This document shows positions 1 through 12,269 of a DNA stretch of 64,000 nt, in pieces. This stretch comes from Lama guanicoe (taxonomy: Eukaryota). The first letter of the stretch is position 1; every line of letters starts with the position of its first letter. The stretch lies in the NCBI GenBank assembly GCA_013239625.1, contig MU056000.1, forward strand, positions 7,415,214 through 7,479,213, in the 5' to 3' direction. Below the pieces are notes generated by a model. The model did no database searches. It was not told the origin of the DNA and saw only the letters and a list, made by a program, of their open reading frames with translations. The position numbers and the translations under genes are program-made.

Positions 1-1289
1 GAGCTAAAAATTCGAAAACAAAATCACATCATCACCTAATAATGGTTGCCTCTGGGGAGGAAAGCTGCTAAAGGGAATTCCTCCTGGAATGTTGATTTCT
101 GAACCCTGAAGCAGTTATGACAAAATGTTAGCCTTTGTTCGTGTAGCCGATGAGATGGGTGTTCCTTACGTTACTTTCTGTTTTTTCTCAATGCTGGAAT
201 TTGTTCGCAATATCACGCATGCGCGCTAGCCGCAGAACGGCGCGTGAAGAGCCGTGGTCCAGCGCTGGCAGGTTATTCGGGGCTGTGCCTGTTCGGTTCA
301 CCTGCATTCTCCAGTGTCGAGCTGGGCCCCGCACAGGTCGGCCCTTGGCAAGTATTTGTTGCAGGAACAACGCGTGGGATACTGCATAGGGTTTGTTACT
401 GTGAGCTACTGAGAGGTTCTGGGACCACACCCTGCAGTGGGATGACCCCGCGGGGACCTGCCTGCTGGCCAGGTGGTCACACCCACTCCCCACCCCTCTG
501 CACCAGCCCTTTACCCTCCAGACTTCTCACAGCACATCACAGAGAGTAACCCAGCTCCAGACACTAAAAATCACACCTAGGTAGTCTTGTGTGTGTATTT
601 AAAGGGAAAGAGATGTCACATCACGTGAGCTGCATGCAAATCTGAATGGCTGGGGAGACACTTCAGAGAGGAAGTTTGCTGCTGGGGCTTTGCTGTTGAG
701 TTCTTTCAGCAGCTCTAAGACTCAGTCGGGAAGGATGTGCCTTCACATCACCCTTTCACAACTCAGTGAAGAATTTAAGACCAGCAAGGTTGGGCTTCCC
801 CACAAGCTGCTGTGTTAGGATTCCCCATCCTGCAGGGGTGCCCTCTTACACGCTCATTCCATGTTACGGCCGTGGAAAGGATTCCTGCCTGTGGAGCTAG
901 GCTTGTAGCCCACCCACCAATTTTCTCGACTATGTTGAAATAATGAACTGCTATCAGGGGAAATTAGAATTGTTAAGGCATTTATAAGATACCCCTCCTC
1001 TTTGAAATCTCGTTGGGAGAATAGTTGGCGAGAAGGTGTTTTCAGAAGACTGTCAGAATGGAAAATCTGAGTCGGACTTCTGTGGGCTCTGGTCTGTGTG
1101 TCTGGATCGCCAGGTGAGGCTGAACAGGGAAGCCAGTCCTTCACGGGGACCTCAGCCCTCTTATGCCACTGTATTTGCTGTACCCAAACACTACGATTTC
1201 TTTTTGTCCTGGATTCCCATCTTCACTCCCAAGGAGAATATTCTTTTCTTGGGCCCTGATATTAATTTGCCTTTAAAGTTAGCAAAGGA

Positions 1290-1457
1290 GTGGAGAGGAT
1301 ATAGCTCAGCGGTTGAGTGCATGCCTGGCATGCCTATGGTCCTGGGCTCAATCCCCAGTACCTCCATTAAAAATAAATAAGTAAATAAACCCAATTACCC
1401 TCCCCAACACCAAAAAACAAACAGACAAAAAATTCAGAAAAAAAAGAAAGAATACAC
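1290..1457 (+). mobile_element. tRNA-derived camelid-type SINE (vic-1-like)
   Basis: A-box (tagctcagcgg), B-box-like (gggctcaatccc) and A-rich tail. Degenerate TSD taaagttagcaaagga (1274-1289) / taaagttaatgaagga (1458-1473). Confidence 0.85.
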
Positions 1458-2780
1458 TAAAGTTAATGAAGGAAAACTTTGCTGTAGCTTTAGTTTCAGA
1501 AGGCCAGCCTAGCAGCTGTTTTATAATGTTTGTCGGACAGGACAAGTTTCCAGGCTCACAAACAGTCCTTCTCCCGAGAGTCTGGACTTTGCTGATAACC
1601 TCCTATCAAGACCCTCTTCCTTCAACCTCATTAGCTATCCCAATTGTAAACTCGCCTCAAGGGACCTGGAAACAATTCTTAGACAGAGTAAAACGCCCTG
1701 TAACACACATCTGCAAATGTTTTCGGAGATACAGAAGACCAATGCCATGTTTACCAATTGATGATTTTGGTGAGAATTATTTGCCAGTGTTTCTGTGATT
1801 GTCCTTGCTGGGCTCTTTTGCCTTCCAGCTCTGCAGGCGCGATGCCTGTCAGTGTGTGTGCCCGGTGGGTGGACATTGCCTGCTGTCCATGGGGCCCCGG
1901 CCACACCCTCACCTTTGAACGTGGGAGTGCAACACTCAAATCCATTTACCGTCTAGGAAGAAACTGTTTACTGAGGACCTAGTACTCATTCATTTATTCA
2001 ACAAGTAGATGTCAGCTCGGCTATGTTCTTAGAGCTGAGGACCTGGGAGTGACGAACAAAGATCAAATTTCCATCCTGGATTTCCTTCCTTGTCATGGTT
2101 CTTAATCATAAATGAGATTAATGAAATAATGCCTAATACGTTTACCCAACAAATTATGCCCATGATCGTGGTAACACATGGTAGCTTTTTAGAAATGTAG
2201 TGTATCTTTAGAGGACCGCAGTTCTTAAGTTCTTTCATAAAACCACATCATCTTTCTCCTGCTCCTGTTGGTGGTATTATCATGGAGAAAGGCGTTTTGT
2301 AGAAACTGGATTTTCAAGTAACTGAAGTCTCTTGGCTCTGAACTTTAAAAATTATACTACAAATGGTAGAATTTGTTCGTGTAGTCGGGTATGGGTGATG
2401 TCTCGTTTGTTCTGTGTGATGGGGAATTACTCTGTTATTGTGCCATCTGCCTGTGGGGTTCGTATGTTTATCTTGCTGCCCTAGTCTCTCCCTTGGCTGT
2501 TTGTCAGCTCCTGTTTTTTCTGTCCACTTCCCCTCTCCCCTCTTCAAAGACGGTTCTTTTCTATAGTTGTTTACAGTTGTTGTTATAAAACTGTGTTTCC
2601 TCATGAGACTGTTATTCATGTAAACACCGTGTTTGCATGTACTTGTTTCCCACTGTACAATAAAATCGTGTTTTAGGTTCCTCACAAATGTTGCTTTGTT
2701 TTAAAGAATTTAAACTGTACAAAAAACAGATAGAATGAAAAGTGAAATTAGTTCTCTGAAGTGTTCTTTCCCACTTACTC

Positions 2781-2814
2781 TGTATTAATCAGGGGTCTCC
2801 AGAGATCCAGAACC

Positions 2815-2845
<31 letters not shown>

Positions 2846-3333
2846 TGTGTGTGTGTGTGTGTGTGTGTGTATCTGCAGATAGACGGAGATATTCATAGAC
2901 AGAAAAATACACACATTTTGATATAGATAGATGCAGCTATATATGCTGTGAGATCTTTTCATATCTTTATATCTATAACTATATATATGAGGAGGGATGG
3001 AGAGGAATTATTTTAAGGAATTGGTTCACACAGTTGTGGAAGCTTGCCAAAGCCAAAACCTGCAGGGTGACTGGCAGGCTGGAGACCCAAGGGAGAATGG
3101 TAGTTCAAGTCCAAAAGCAGAATTTCGTCTTGCTTGGGAGAGATCAGTCTTCTTCTCTTCAAGCCTTTAACTGATTGGACGAGGCCCACCCACACCATCG
3201 TGGGTAATCTAGTTTATTCAGCATCTACTGATTTAAATGTTAATCTTATCCCCCCCGCAAAAAAAAACTTCACAGAAACATCTAGAATAATGCTTAACCA
3301 CATATCTGGGGACAGATAAGATTAACCATCCCA
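2781..3333 (-). mobile_element. MLT2 (ERVL) solo LTR containing a (GA)n(GT)n microsatellite
   Basis: Ends tgtattaatcaggggtctccagag... and ...attaaccatccca; internal MLT2-like ttaaggaattggttcacacagttgtgga and ctgattggacgaggcccacc. Confidence 0.8.
2818..2870. repeat. Compound (GA)n(GT)n microsatellite
   Basis: Read directly from the sequence. Confidence 0.95.
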
Positions 3334-3797
3334 CACCTCTATTCCCCTTTCTTCTCCAGAGGATGCTACTCTTAATATTTTTATGTAATCCTTCTAGATG
3401 TTTTCTATGCATTTGTGTGTGTGTGTGTGTGTGTGTATTGAGAGGTTTAACACACTTAGAAGATGATCGTCTTTCTCTCCCCCACCCCCTTTAATCTGTT
3501 AATGTAATAAATGATATTGTTAGAATCCTGGTGTGATATTTCCTTTTGTCCTGCAGGGGTGGGATTTTAGTTTGTTTATCTTTGTTTTTGGATGTACACA
3601 TGCTTACATTTTTAAGCAGAAACATCTCAGCTTTTTTTTTGTTGTCATTGTTGCTCTGACTTTTCTACTGAGTGCAGGCTTCGAAATTAGGGGTGTATTT
3701 TGAGGGCCAAGAGTTTCTCCCTGACCTCCACAATGGGTGTTTCCACTTGTAGGTAGCTTACATTTTTTTGCCCTTAATAATAATATTTTATTCTCAT

Positions 3798-4038
3798 TGG
3801 GGTGGGGGTATTGCTCAGTGGTAGAGCATGTGTTTAGCATGTGCAGGGTCCTGGGTTCAATCCTCAATACCTCCGTAAAGTTAATTAGTTAGTTAATTAA
3901 TTTAAAAAATCAAAACGTTAACCTATAAAAGTCATAGGACACATTCAAGTTTAGGTGCAAAGTCATCCAAGCCTTCAAAGAATAAAGAAAGTAAAACAAA
4001 CAAAAAATTAAGATGGATCTTACTTTAAAAATAATAAC
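3798..4038 (+). mobile_element. vic-1-like SINE with an extended 3' segment
   Basis: Head ttgctcagtggtagagcatgtgtttagcatgtgcagggtcctgggttcaatcc. Perfect 16-bp TSD aatattttattctcat at 3782-3797 and 4039-4054. Confidence 0.85.
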
Positions 4039-5094
4039 AATATTTTATTCTCATGAATGCTTTGCTTGTGATTTTAAAAATAAGTCATCTGTGGCTGCAG
4101 GGGACCACGTGCCAGCAGGTTCCTGCCGGTTCGGCAGGTGGACAGTATTTTCCTTTGTGACAAGTCTTTTGTTGAATGGTCTTGAAAAGCCGTGGTCAAG
4201 GGTTGCCAAAGATTGTACCTCCCTTCCCAGCTTCCTGAGCCCCCCAGTGCTCCGGTTCAAATGGAGTTTAAGTTATAGCTACACACTGGTTTAAAATAAA
4301 AATGTCAGACATTTGGAGCAAATTCTGAGAAAACAGGCGATGAAAGTAATGATTTCTATTAGTAATGTAAGTCTCTGTGCAGACTAGAGCTGCGACTTCT
4401 GTGTTCAATACCATTTTATCCTGAGCCCTCACATTTCTTTGTCTGTTTTTTTTCGTGATAATATCATTTCTGACCCAAGGTTATGCTAAACTTTCTTAAG
4501 CCACTATCAGAAGGGGCCCACTGCACATTTGGGGAAAGCTTATCTTAGGGGCTGGGAGCAGGGCTTTGGTTCTAGAACAGACCCCCCGTAGTGGCTGGGG
4601 TAGGAAGGAGAGGGGGTGAGGCTGATTCCGAAGAGAGAGCTGAATCAAGAGCCAGTGACTTCAGGAGCCCTGGAGAGCACCCCGTATTACCTGCCCATGG
4701 GAGTTCCTCCTTTTAACCCAGAATCCGTAACTGAAGGTTGGATGACAGGACTGGCGAAGGCGGATGTCCTTAGAAAGGGCAGGTTTGCAGTATGTGTTAA
4801 AAGATTTCAAAAGAACTTTTTCCTCTAATCCAGAAATACTATTTCTGAGAATGTCCCCTAAGAAAATGAGAAATTATATGCACACAGCCTCAGGTCTAGG
4901 AATTTTAATTGCAGGTTTTACTCCTAATAGAGAAAAGTGGGAAATAATCTCAGTGCCCAGGAGTAGGATGCATTAAATAACTAAGGTTCTGCCGTATGTA
5001 TAGTGCCCCGTAGCTGTTGGAAATGTTGAAACGCAAGTGCTTTCATTGGTATGAAGAGATGTTGCTGATATGTTCCTGACATACAGCAAACAGT

Positions 5095-5270
5095 CCTGTT
5101 TTGTTGCCATTGTTGTCAAAGTAGAGTCAGTTTACAATGTTGTGTCATTTTCTGGTGTGCAGCATCGTGTTTCAGTCATCCATATACATATGTATATTCG
5201 TTTTCACATTCTTTTGCATTATAGGTTGCTACAAAATATTGAATATAGCTCCCTGTGCTATACAGAACTC
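5095..5270 (-). mobile_element. L1 3'-end fragment
   Basis: gtttacaatgttgtgtcattttctggtgtgcagcat...tattgaatatagctccctgtgctatacag is typical of an artiodactyl L1 3'UTR read in antisense; a similar copy lies near 63050. Confidence 0.7.
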
Positions 5271-6254
5271 TGTTTTGGTTTAAAGAAAAATGTGTGTGTG
5301 CGATTGTGTGTTTGGGCTATAATTTTTTTTTCTAGTCTATGTTTTTGGATTTTTTTCTGTAATAAATATGAGCCTCTCATGAAATTATGTAAAAATGAAG
5401 CGGCTGCATTTTGTACAACATGCCTTATCTGTAAGTCAGGAAATTGTAGAATATTTGAGAAATACTGTCATCCAAAGAAGTTCAAAATGAGATTTTGGCA
5501 TTTACCAGGTGGAATCACAAGTTTTCCAGACCATTTGTTGTCAATTTAGCTGGGAGGATGACGGCGTTGATGGCAGTGAACTCTGGTTATCAGAGAAACT
5601 GAACGCTTCTAAGTAGAGTCTGCCTGGGCTGATGACTCCATGCTCTTTTCTCTTTGAAACTGAATTATTGCAAAACATTTCATTCTATAGATAGAATGAC
5701 CTATTTTGAAGAATGCACAAGCTGGAGTATATTAAATAGCCTTTATGATAGTCACAGAATTTATACAGTTCATTGTGCTGCCCTATGAATATCAGTGTTA
5801 AAAAAATCAATCTCTAAAACTTTGAAAATTCTAATATTTGAGATTTAATGTTTTGAGACGGCAACTAGGAGCCTTATTGAGATAGGCAGGCAAGGTTGCC
5901 CATGCCCTCTCCTCATTCCATGAAAATTACATTCCTATTAAAAATCTGTTAAAAATATAGCTGGGCCACTGTGGGATTGCCCTAGGCTTAAGCTTGGCAT
6001 CCGCATGTGCTGGTGGGTGCAGCTGGCAGAGCTCAGAGTCACTTGATCATTAACTCTGGATCTTGAATTCTTACTCTGAATTTTAGGATCTCACTGGTCC
6101 CTTTGTTACGAGGTGTCTTAATCAGCTTGCGCTGCTGTGAAAAAAAAAATTAAAAATGGGTAGCTTAACAACAGAAATGTATTTCCCACAGTTCTGGAGG
6201 CTAGAAATCTTTGATCCGGGTGCCGGCACGTCAGGTTCTTGTCTTGATTTTTGG

Positions 6255-6995
6255 TGTTACCGAACTCAGGTTTGGCTGCTCGCTGCTCCAAGGCCACTAC
6301 TCAAGAGACGAGTACTGTTTGTTATACAGGAGGACGGCAGTCTGGGGAGAAGGTAGACTCATGTCCAAGAACCAACTCCAAAGATTCTGCTAGATCATGA
6401 AATTTCTTAAAGGGAGAAAGGAGAAGTTAATTGCAGTTAATCGGCTGGGGAAGGAATTGGAATTTTCCACCGTGTGCAGACGTTCTTCTGATTGGCTGGT
6501 GGTGAGGTAACAGGGCGGTGCTCCAGGAATCTTGTGCTCAGCCTGAAGTTACCGTCATCCGCCTGGGTGGGGGCCTTAGTTCCTGCAGAAGAACTCAAAG
6601 GTATTGTTAAGTCTATTCCTTGAGGAGGAGCCAGGACCCTGCCCCATGCTGCACTGTTGTTTCTTGACTTGCTCCTCCTTTGTTTCTGCATTTCCTCCCT
6701 TCCCTGTTAAGCAAATGTTTGACTCTTGAACCCAGGGAAGATGAAGGAGGCTAAATGAAGCCTATTTCCTACAAACAAGAAATTGGAGAGGGGAGGGTAT
6801 AGCTCAGGGGTGGAGCGCATGCACAAAGTCCTGGGTTCAATGCCCAGTATCTCCATGGTAAACAAACAAACAAACAAACAAACCTAACTGCCTCCTCCCA
6901 CCCCCCCCCCAAAAAAAAGAAAGAAAAAGTAGATGGAGGGGGACATGGAAAGGATTTCTACCCAGGAGGGCCCCACAGAGTCTGGCTCAGTGTCA
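6255..6995 (-). mobile_element. ERV1-type solo LTR
   Basis: TG...CA termini (tgttaccgaa ... cagtgtca) and near-TSD ttgg/ctgg. Segment 6480-6990 is homologous to 8540-8886. Confidence 0.75.
6789..6927 (+). mobile_element. vic-1-like SINE nested in the LTR
   Basis: ggggagggtatagctcaggggtggagcgcatgcacaaagtcctgggttcaatgcccagtatctcc followed by an (AAAC)n tail. Confidence 0.85.
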
Positions 6996-7067
6996 CTGGT
7001 GCACAGATGACGCCGCCGTCACCTGCCTGGCATCTGCAGGAGTCCCCTGTGGTGTCTTCTCTTCTGA

Positions 7068-7850
7068 TGTCAGGCGTGTGGATTTTCTTTGACACCTGAT
7101 ATGTGTCGTTTTTCCACACCAGCTCTCCCATTCTCTGCGACTCCAGCAGGGTGTCCAACCATTCAGTTCAATTCTGACACTATCTAGAGTCAGCGTAGAA
7201 CCCCTCAGGTGAAGGGCTCAGTCCCACAACACTGCCCTCACTTCAGATGCCAGCCACAGGACCCAGGAGTCACCTTCTGACCCACCGGCCCTAAATCTGG
7301 GGGTTCCTGCAGCTCCCCCTCCAATTCAGCAATTTGCTAGAAAGACGCACACATCTCGGGAGAGCGCTTTACTTCCTATCCTGGTTTACTGCAAAGGCTG
7401 CAGCTCGGGAGCAGCCAGAGGGAAGGGCTGCACGGGGCCAGGCGTGGGGAGGGGCGCGGGGCTTCCATTCTCTCTCCCCGGACTCAGCCCTCCTAGTGCC
7501 TCCAGGTGTTCCCCAAGCCAGGAGCTCTCGGAACCCCGTGGTTCAGGGCTTTTTTTTTTTTTGAGGTTTCATTAGGTAGACATGATTTGCTCTGACTGTT
7601 ACATCATTGGCCATTAGTGATTGAACTCAGTTTTCAACCCTCTCCTCCCCACCCCAGGGATGGCACTGGGGAGGCTGGTGCTTGGAGCTGAAAGAGCCAA
7701 CCTTCTAATCTCAAGGTTGGTTTTCCTAGAGTCCAGCCCCCATCTGGAAGCCACCTAGCACCAGCTTCCACCACGAGTCATCTCATTAGCACACAAAAAA
7801 CTGATTTCTAAGGGTTTTAGGAGCTGTGTTCCAGGAAATGGGGACCCTCC
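7068..7850. mobile_element. MER21-like LTR
   Basis: caattctgacactatc...gaagggctcagtcccacaacactgccctcacttcagatgccagccac and ggttttaggagctgtgttccaggaa match the recalled MER21 consensus. Confidence 0.75.
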
Positions 7851-8340
7851 ACTCCCCCACCCACCACACCTGGTCTCCCTGCTTCCGACCAGCAGCCAGA
7901 ATTGATGCAGATAGTTGACAGCGGACTGCTCACAAAGCCCTCATCGCACTCAGAGCAAACCCCAGTCCTGCCTTGACCACCGAGGCTGCCCGGCTCCCTC
8001 TGCTGCAGCCCACAGGCCTCCTGGCCAGTCCCCGGGTGGCCGGGCACAGCCCTCTGCCTGCGCCTTTCCCTTCCTTGTCTGCTGGCACCTTCCCCCACCT
8101 CCTCCCATCTTTGCCCAGTGCCTCTTTCTCAGTGAGCCCATCCCAGCACCTATTTTGAGACTGAAGCACAAGGCCCCTGAGGTGCTCACAAACTCCCTGG
8201 CCTGGGTTTAACTTTTAACACATTCCAGCACCTACATCTTAGGTCTGTAGTTGACGCTTTTCCCTCCCGTTAAAATAGAATGTAAGCGTCCTGAGGGCAG
8301 GGTCTTTGTTTCCAGACACAGGCCTCCCCAGCATTCAGCC

Positions 8341-8886
8341 TGTTACCGAACACAAGTTCCTGTGCTCGATGCACAGTGAGGCCAAACAAACCGAAACGCT
8401 GGAGTTTGGAGCAGAGAAAGGTTTACTGCAGTGCCGAGCAAAGAGAGCAGGCAGCCTGTGCTCAAATACTCCAAACTCCCCGATGGTTTCCAGGGAGACA
8501 TTTTTATAGGCAACGTGTGGGGGAAGGCCGCACGGTGTGTGACTTTCTTCTGATCTTTATGGTCGGTGGTGCGGGAACAGGGCGGCGCCCCAGGAATCTT
8601 GCGGTCAGTCTGAAGTTGCCATCCTCCACCTGGGTGGGGGCCTTGGTTCCTATAGAAGAACTCAAAGATACTGGTTCCTTGAGGTGGAACCAGGACCCTG
8701 CCCCATCTCTGCACTATTCTGTCTCTGCCTTCCCTCCCATCCCTGATCAGCAGCTGTTTGAATCTGCACTTTGGAACTCAGGGAAGTCAAGGAGGCTGAC
8801 TGCAGCCCATTTCCTACAAACAAGAAGTGGGGGACACAGAAAGGATTTGTACCAGAGAGGGTCCCACAGGGTCCTGCTCTGTTTCA
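8341..8886 (-). mobile_element. ERV1-type solo LTR
   Basis: Termini tgttaccgaa ... ctctgtttca, near-TSD agcc/agca, and a minus-strand TATAAAAA at 8501-8508. Homologous to the LTRs at 6255 and 12270. Confidence 0.75.
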
Positions 8887-9064
8887 AGCATGCATTTGAG
8901 AACGAGCCGTGGCTGGCCTGCTCTAACCTGCAGCTGAGACCCGGGCCTGGCTCCACATCTCCTCAGCCCTGCTTGTCCTCCCCTGGGGGCAGGGGGTGCA
9001 CCCGGGGTCTGTGGTGGTGACGCTCGGCTCTGCCTCTCTGACCTGCTTCCCTCTTCATTTCTAG

Positions 9065-9194
9065 ACTGGCCTTATTGTCGCCTGCTACCACGGCTTTGTG
9101 GACACCGTGGTGGTCTTAGCAGAGTGCCCCCATGTTGACGTCAACTGGCAGGACAGCGAGGGGAACACGGCCCTAATCACAGCTGCACAGGCAG
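9065..9194 (+). CDS. ANKRD33B: ANKRD33B coding exon 2 (130 nt; [44 protein letters not shown]), ankyrin repeats
   Basis: Acceptor ...tcttcatttctag and donor GCAG|gtaaga flank the exon. The translation shows ankyrin-repeat motifs ([17 protein letters not shown]). It ends in phase 1, compatible with the next exon. Confidence 0.95.
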
Positions 9195-9395
9195 GTAAGA
9201 CCCAGCTTCCCTTCCCTCCCCGAGCCAAGGCCGAGCGGGGCTGCCAGGCAGTTGGGGGGGGGGGCTGCGCCTGATCTCAGTGCCTGAGTTAGTGTGTGAG
9301 GGATGGAATAGATCAGGAGCCGTGCTTTACTGCCAAGAGGGACAGGAAAAGGGCTGATGGTAGGTGCACATTCTCTTCGTGTGTTTGGGACACTG

Positions 9396-9874
9396 TGTTA
9401 CCAAGTCCAACCTCACACCACTTACCACACAGCAAGCCAGTAAATCGAGAGTTGTTGGGGCAAAGAATAGGGACTTTATTCAGAAAGCCAGCAGCCCAAG
9501 AAGATGGTGGACTAGTGTCCCAAAGTTAGAATTCAGGCTACTTTTCTGCTAAAAGGGGAAGGGGTGTGGCTGGTTGTTGCAAACTTCTTGGTGCCAGAAT
9601 CCTTTGTTCTTGCAGCTGTGCACGTAAACTTGGTCACTATGTTTCTATAAGCCTCCAAGACAGGTGCTACTGTTTGTTCTCCACATGAATGGAAAAGTGT
9701 TATACCCTCATAGGTCAGAGCTTTGAGAATGCACTCTCCTGTATATCTCAGGCTACAGGCAACATTCTTTTACAAAAGACGCAGAGCCAGTGTGACTGAG
9801 CCCAGGCCACGGGGCACAGGGCTAGAGCTAAAGGAATAGACCCGATACGGAGTCGGGTTTGTTCTCTCCTCACA
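9396..9874 (-). mobile_element. ERV-type solo LTR
   Basis: Starts tgttaccaag, has a minus-strand AATAAA at 9475-9480, and ends ...ctcctcaca. Confidence 0.65.
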
Positions 9875-12269
9875 GTGCAGGTTACCTACCAGTGCAGGAC
9901 GCAGGGTGGGGCAGAACTAGCTCTGGTACTGCCCCAAGTCTTCGAACATGAAGCTGCACTGGAAACCCAGCCTCTGCTGGCACCTCCTCTAGAGACCGGG
10001 GATCGGGAAGTTGCTGGTGGACTCCTCAGTGAGTAGAAGGGACACTAGTGACACTTAATGTATGAAAGTGGACATAGTTACAAGGTAACCTTGCGTTTTG
10101 CTTGGGGATGTAAAGAAAAACCAGGGGCTTCTTGCTGAGCATGTATCAGTGTAACAGGGTGGGGCTGTTAGTGAGAACACCTTGTAAATACGGTGTCCTT
10201 CCGCCAAAGACGGTCACCTCCAGAGGTGGTCCTTCCACCGGCATCGCCAGCCGCACTGTTCTCCCCAGTCCTCTTCTAGAATTGATGTCAGACAGACTTT
10301 GAGTCAAGCACGAAACTTTGCTCATCCCTTCAGAGCCACATTTCATTTGTAACCGTGGGATGAACCGAGTTTGTAACTGACCGCTTTCAGAATTCCTGGC
10401 TTTCCAGGGCACATCTGCTGTATCGCGCTGCTTCTCAGTGTCCAGGAAAGAAGCTGCTTCCGACTGAATGTGGTAGAAAAGGCACTTGTTTATTCAGGGA
10501 ATGTGGGGACACATGACGATGTTGTTGAGAGTGGTTGAGACTCGGACTCAGGGCCGGGGAAGCTGCAGAAAAAGCCCCAAATCACACTGCATGTTGATTC
10601 TGGAAAGGGAACTTCTGCCACGGCCGCCAAAGGGGGACCTCCCTGTCCCGTCTTGCATCACAGGCTCCTGTGTCAAAGCCAGCGTGGTGGACTGACTGGG
10701 GAACGCAGAGAAACCAGAGACGCCAGCGTCTGGCAGTTTCACCCCCGGAATGGGAAGCAGTCTGTTCACACCTGCTTTTCACTTGAGGTGCCTAAGGTGG
10801 GGAACCCCCAAACTCTGCCAGGTGTCGGGGCTGTGCTTACACATGTCCACCCCGTCAGGTTTCAGGGCGTGGAGCTTCCCCTCCGTGGAGGCCCCTCAGG
10901 CTTGGAAAGCCCCGGTGTAGTGTACAATGTCCTGAACAGCAGAAGCGTAAAAGGATATCATGAGAGGCGTTCAGTGATCGTAGCCTCATCACTCATTGCC
11001 TCCCGCTGGCCGGGACCAGGGTGGGGAAGTGAAGGGCAGCTCTTCCTTTGGGTGATTCTCCAGCTAAATAGCCTCTGATGGGCCCTGATGGAGAGTGCAC
11101 TGGGAGCTTCAGGGTGAGAGCACCCCATCTAGCCTGGTGGTTTGGGACAGGGATCGTGGAGGAGGGGCTTGTGCTGGGTCCTGAAGTCAAAGGTGGGCCG
11201 TTCCAGCCAGCGTGCTGCAAAGTCACAGGACCAAGAGGGAGCCCCGCATATCTTAGCAATGACCAAGGACTGCATGTGTCTGGGATGGGGGAGAGGTGGC
11301 CCCAGGAGGAGGCAGGGACCAGGTCACGAAGGGTGTAGATACAACACGAGGGGATGCATTTGAGTGACATGAGGTGGGTGTGTAGTGACGGGAGAGATGA
11401 CACTGGTGCGCACAGGGGCAGTTGCAGAGAGGAGCAAGACACCAGTGGCCGAAAGCACAGGTCCCGGTGGTTGTGATGTGGGCGATGGAGGAGAGGTGGG
11501 TCTGGAATGGCTTTCAGCCTGCTGGTCAGGGAATGATGCCAGTTCAAAGGGATAGACACCACAGGATGGTGGTTAGAGAAACATCGCCTTCATTTGGTCC
11601 TCAGGCCTTTGAAATGCTGAGACATCTAAGTGAAGAGGTCTCCATGGCAGGTGGAGAGTGTGGAGCACCGACATCAGTCCCTGCCAGAATGCAGATGCTT
11701 GTTACCAGGCGTTCCTGGGCAGCAGGTGCATGGCCTGGACAAGAGCCTGCGTGTCATACTAGAGTATGAAACTATGAGAAGAAGAGGTGACTTGCCTTAC
11801 TGATTTGCCAGAGCTCTTTGCATATGTAAGGACAGTACTTGTGGTTTAATACCCGAGAAGTGCTTTCTGAATTCTTGCCTCATTGATAATGTTTTTATTT
11901 TGTATTCACAATGAAAAAAAAAAACAACTTGTTTTTTGCCTACCCCCCTGCCATTTCATTTCATGTTGCAGAAGAACAGTCCAGGTAACAAGTGCAGAGT
12001 CCAGCATGATTTTTGTCTTTGTTGATATCCTGATATTTCTTACATGTGTAAAGATCTCCTGCCTTCCCCCTCCCGCCCTGCATCCTTAACGGTGAAAAGA
12101 ACCCGACCAACCAACAACCAAAAAACCTCAAACCAACGCTGTCATACGTGTCAGTTCCTTCTCTCTGTGGCTGTTTGACTTAACGTTAGTCATATTTTTG
12201 TTTTAAAGGACACTTTCCTGTTATCTCTTTGAACATTGAGTCTGCCTTGTTTTTTTTTTTCTTCCTGGG

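Larger units (their letters stand above)
6112..7040 (-). mobile_element. MLT1 (MaLR) LTR interrupted by the LTR at 6255-6995
   Basis: gtagcttaacaacagaaatgtatttcccacagttctggaggctagaa precedes the insert and ctggtgcacagatgacgcc follows it. Confidence 0.65.

Noticed and set aside
1290-1370. tRNA-like A/B boxes as tRNA genes (all six copies)
   Set aside because: They have A-rich tails and mostly recognisable TSDs, are diverged, and lack a clean cloverleaf; they are SINEs.
8376-9020. 214-aa ORF
   Set aside because: It lies mostly within a solo LTR and shows no recognisable protein motif.
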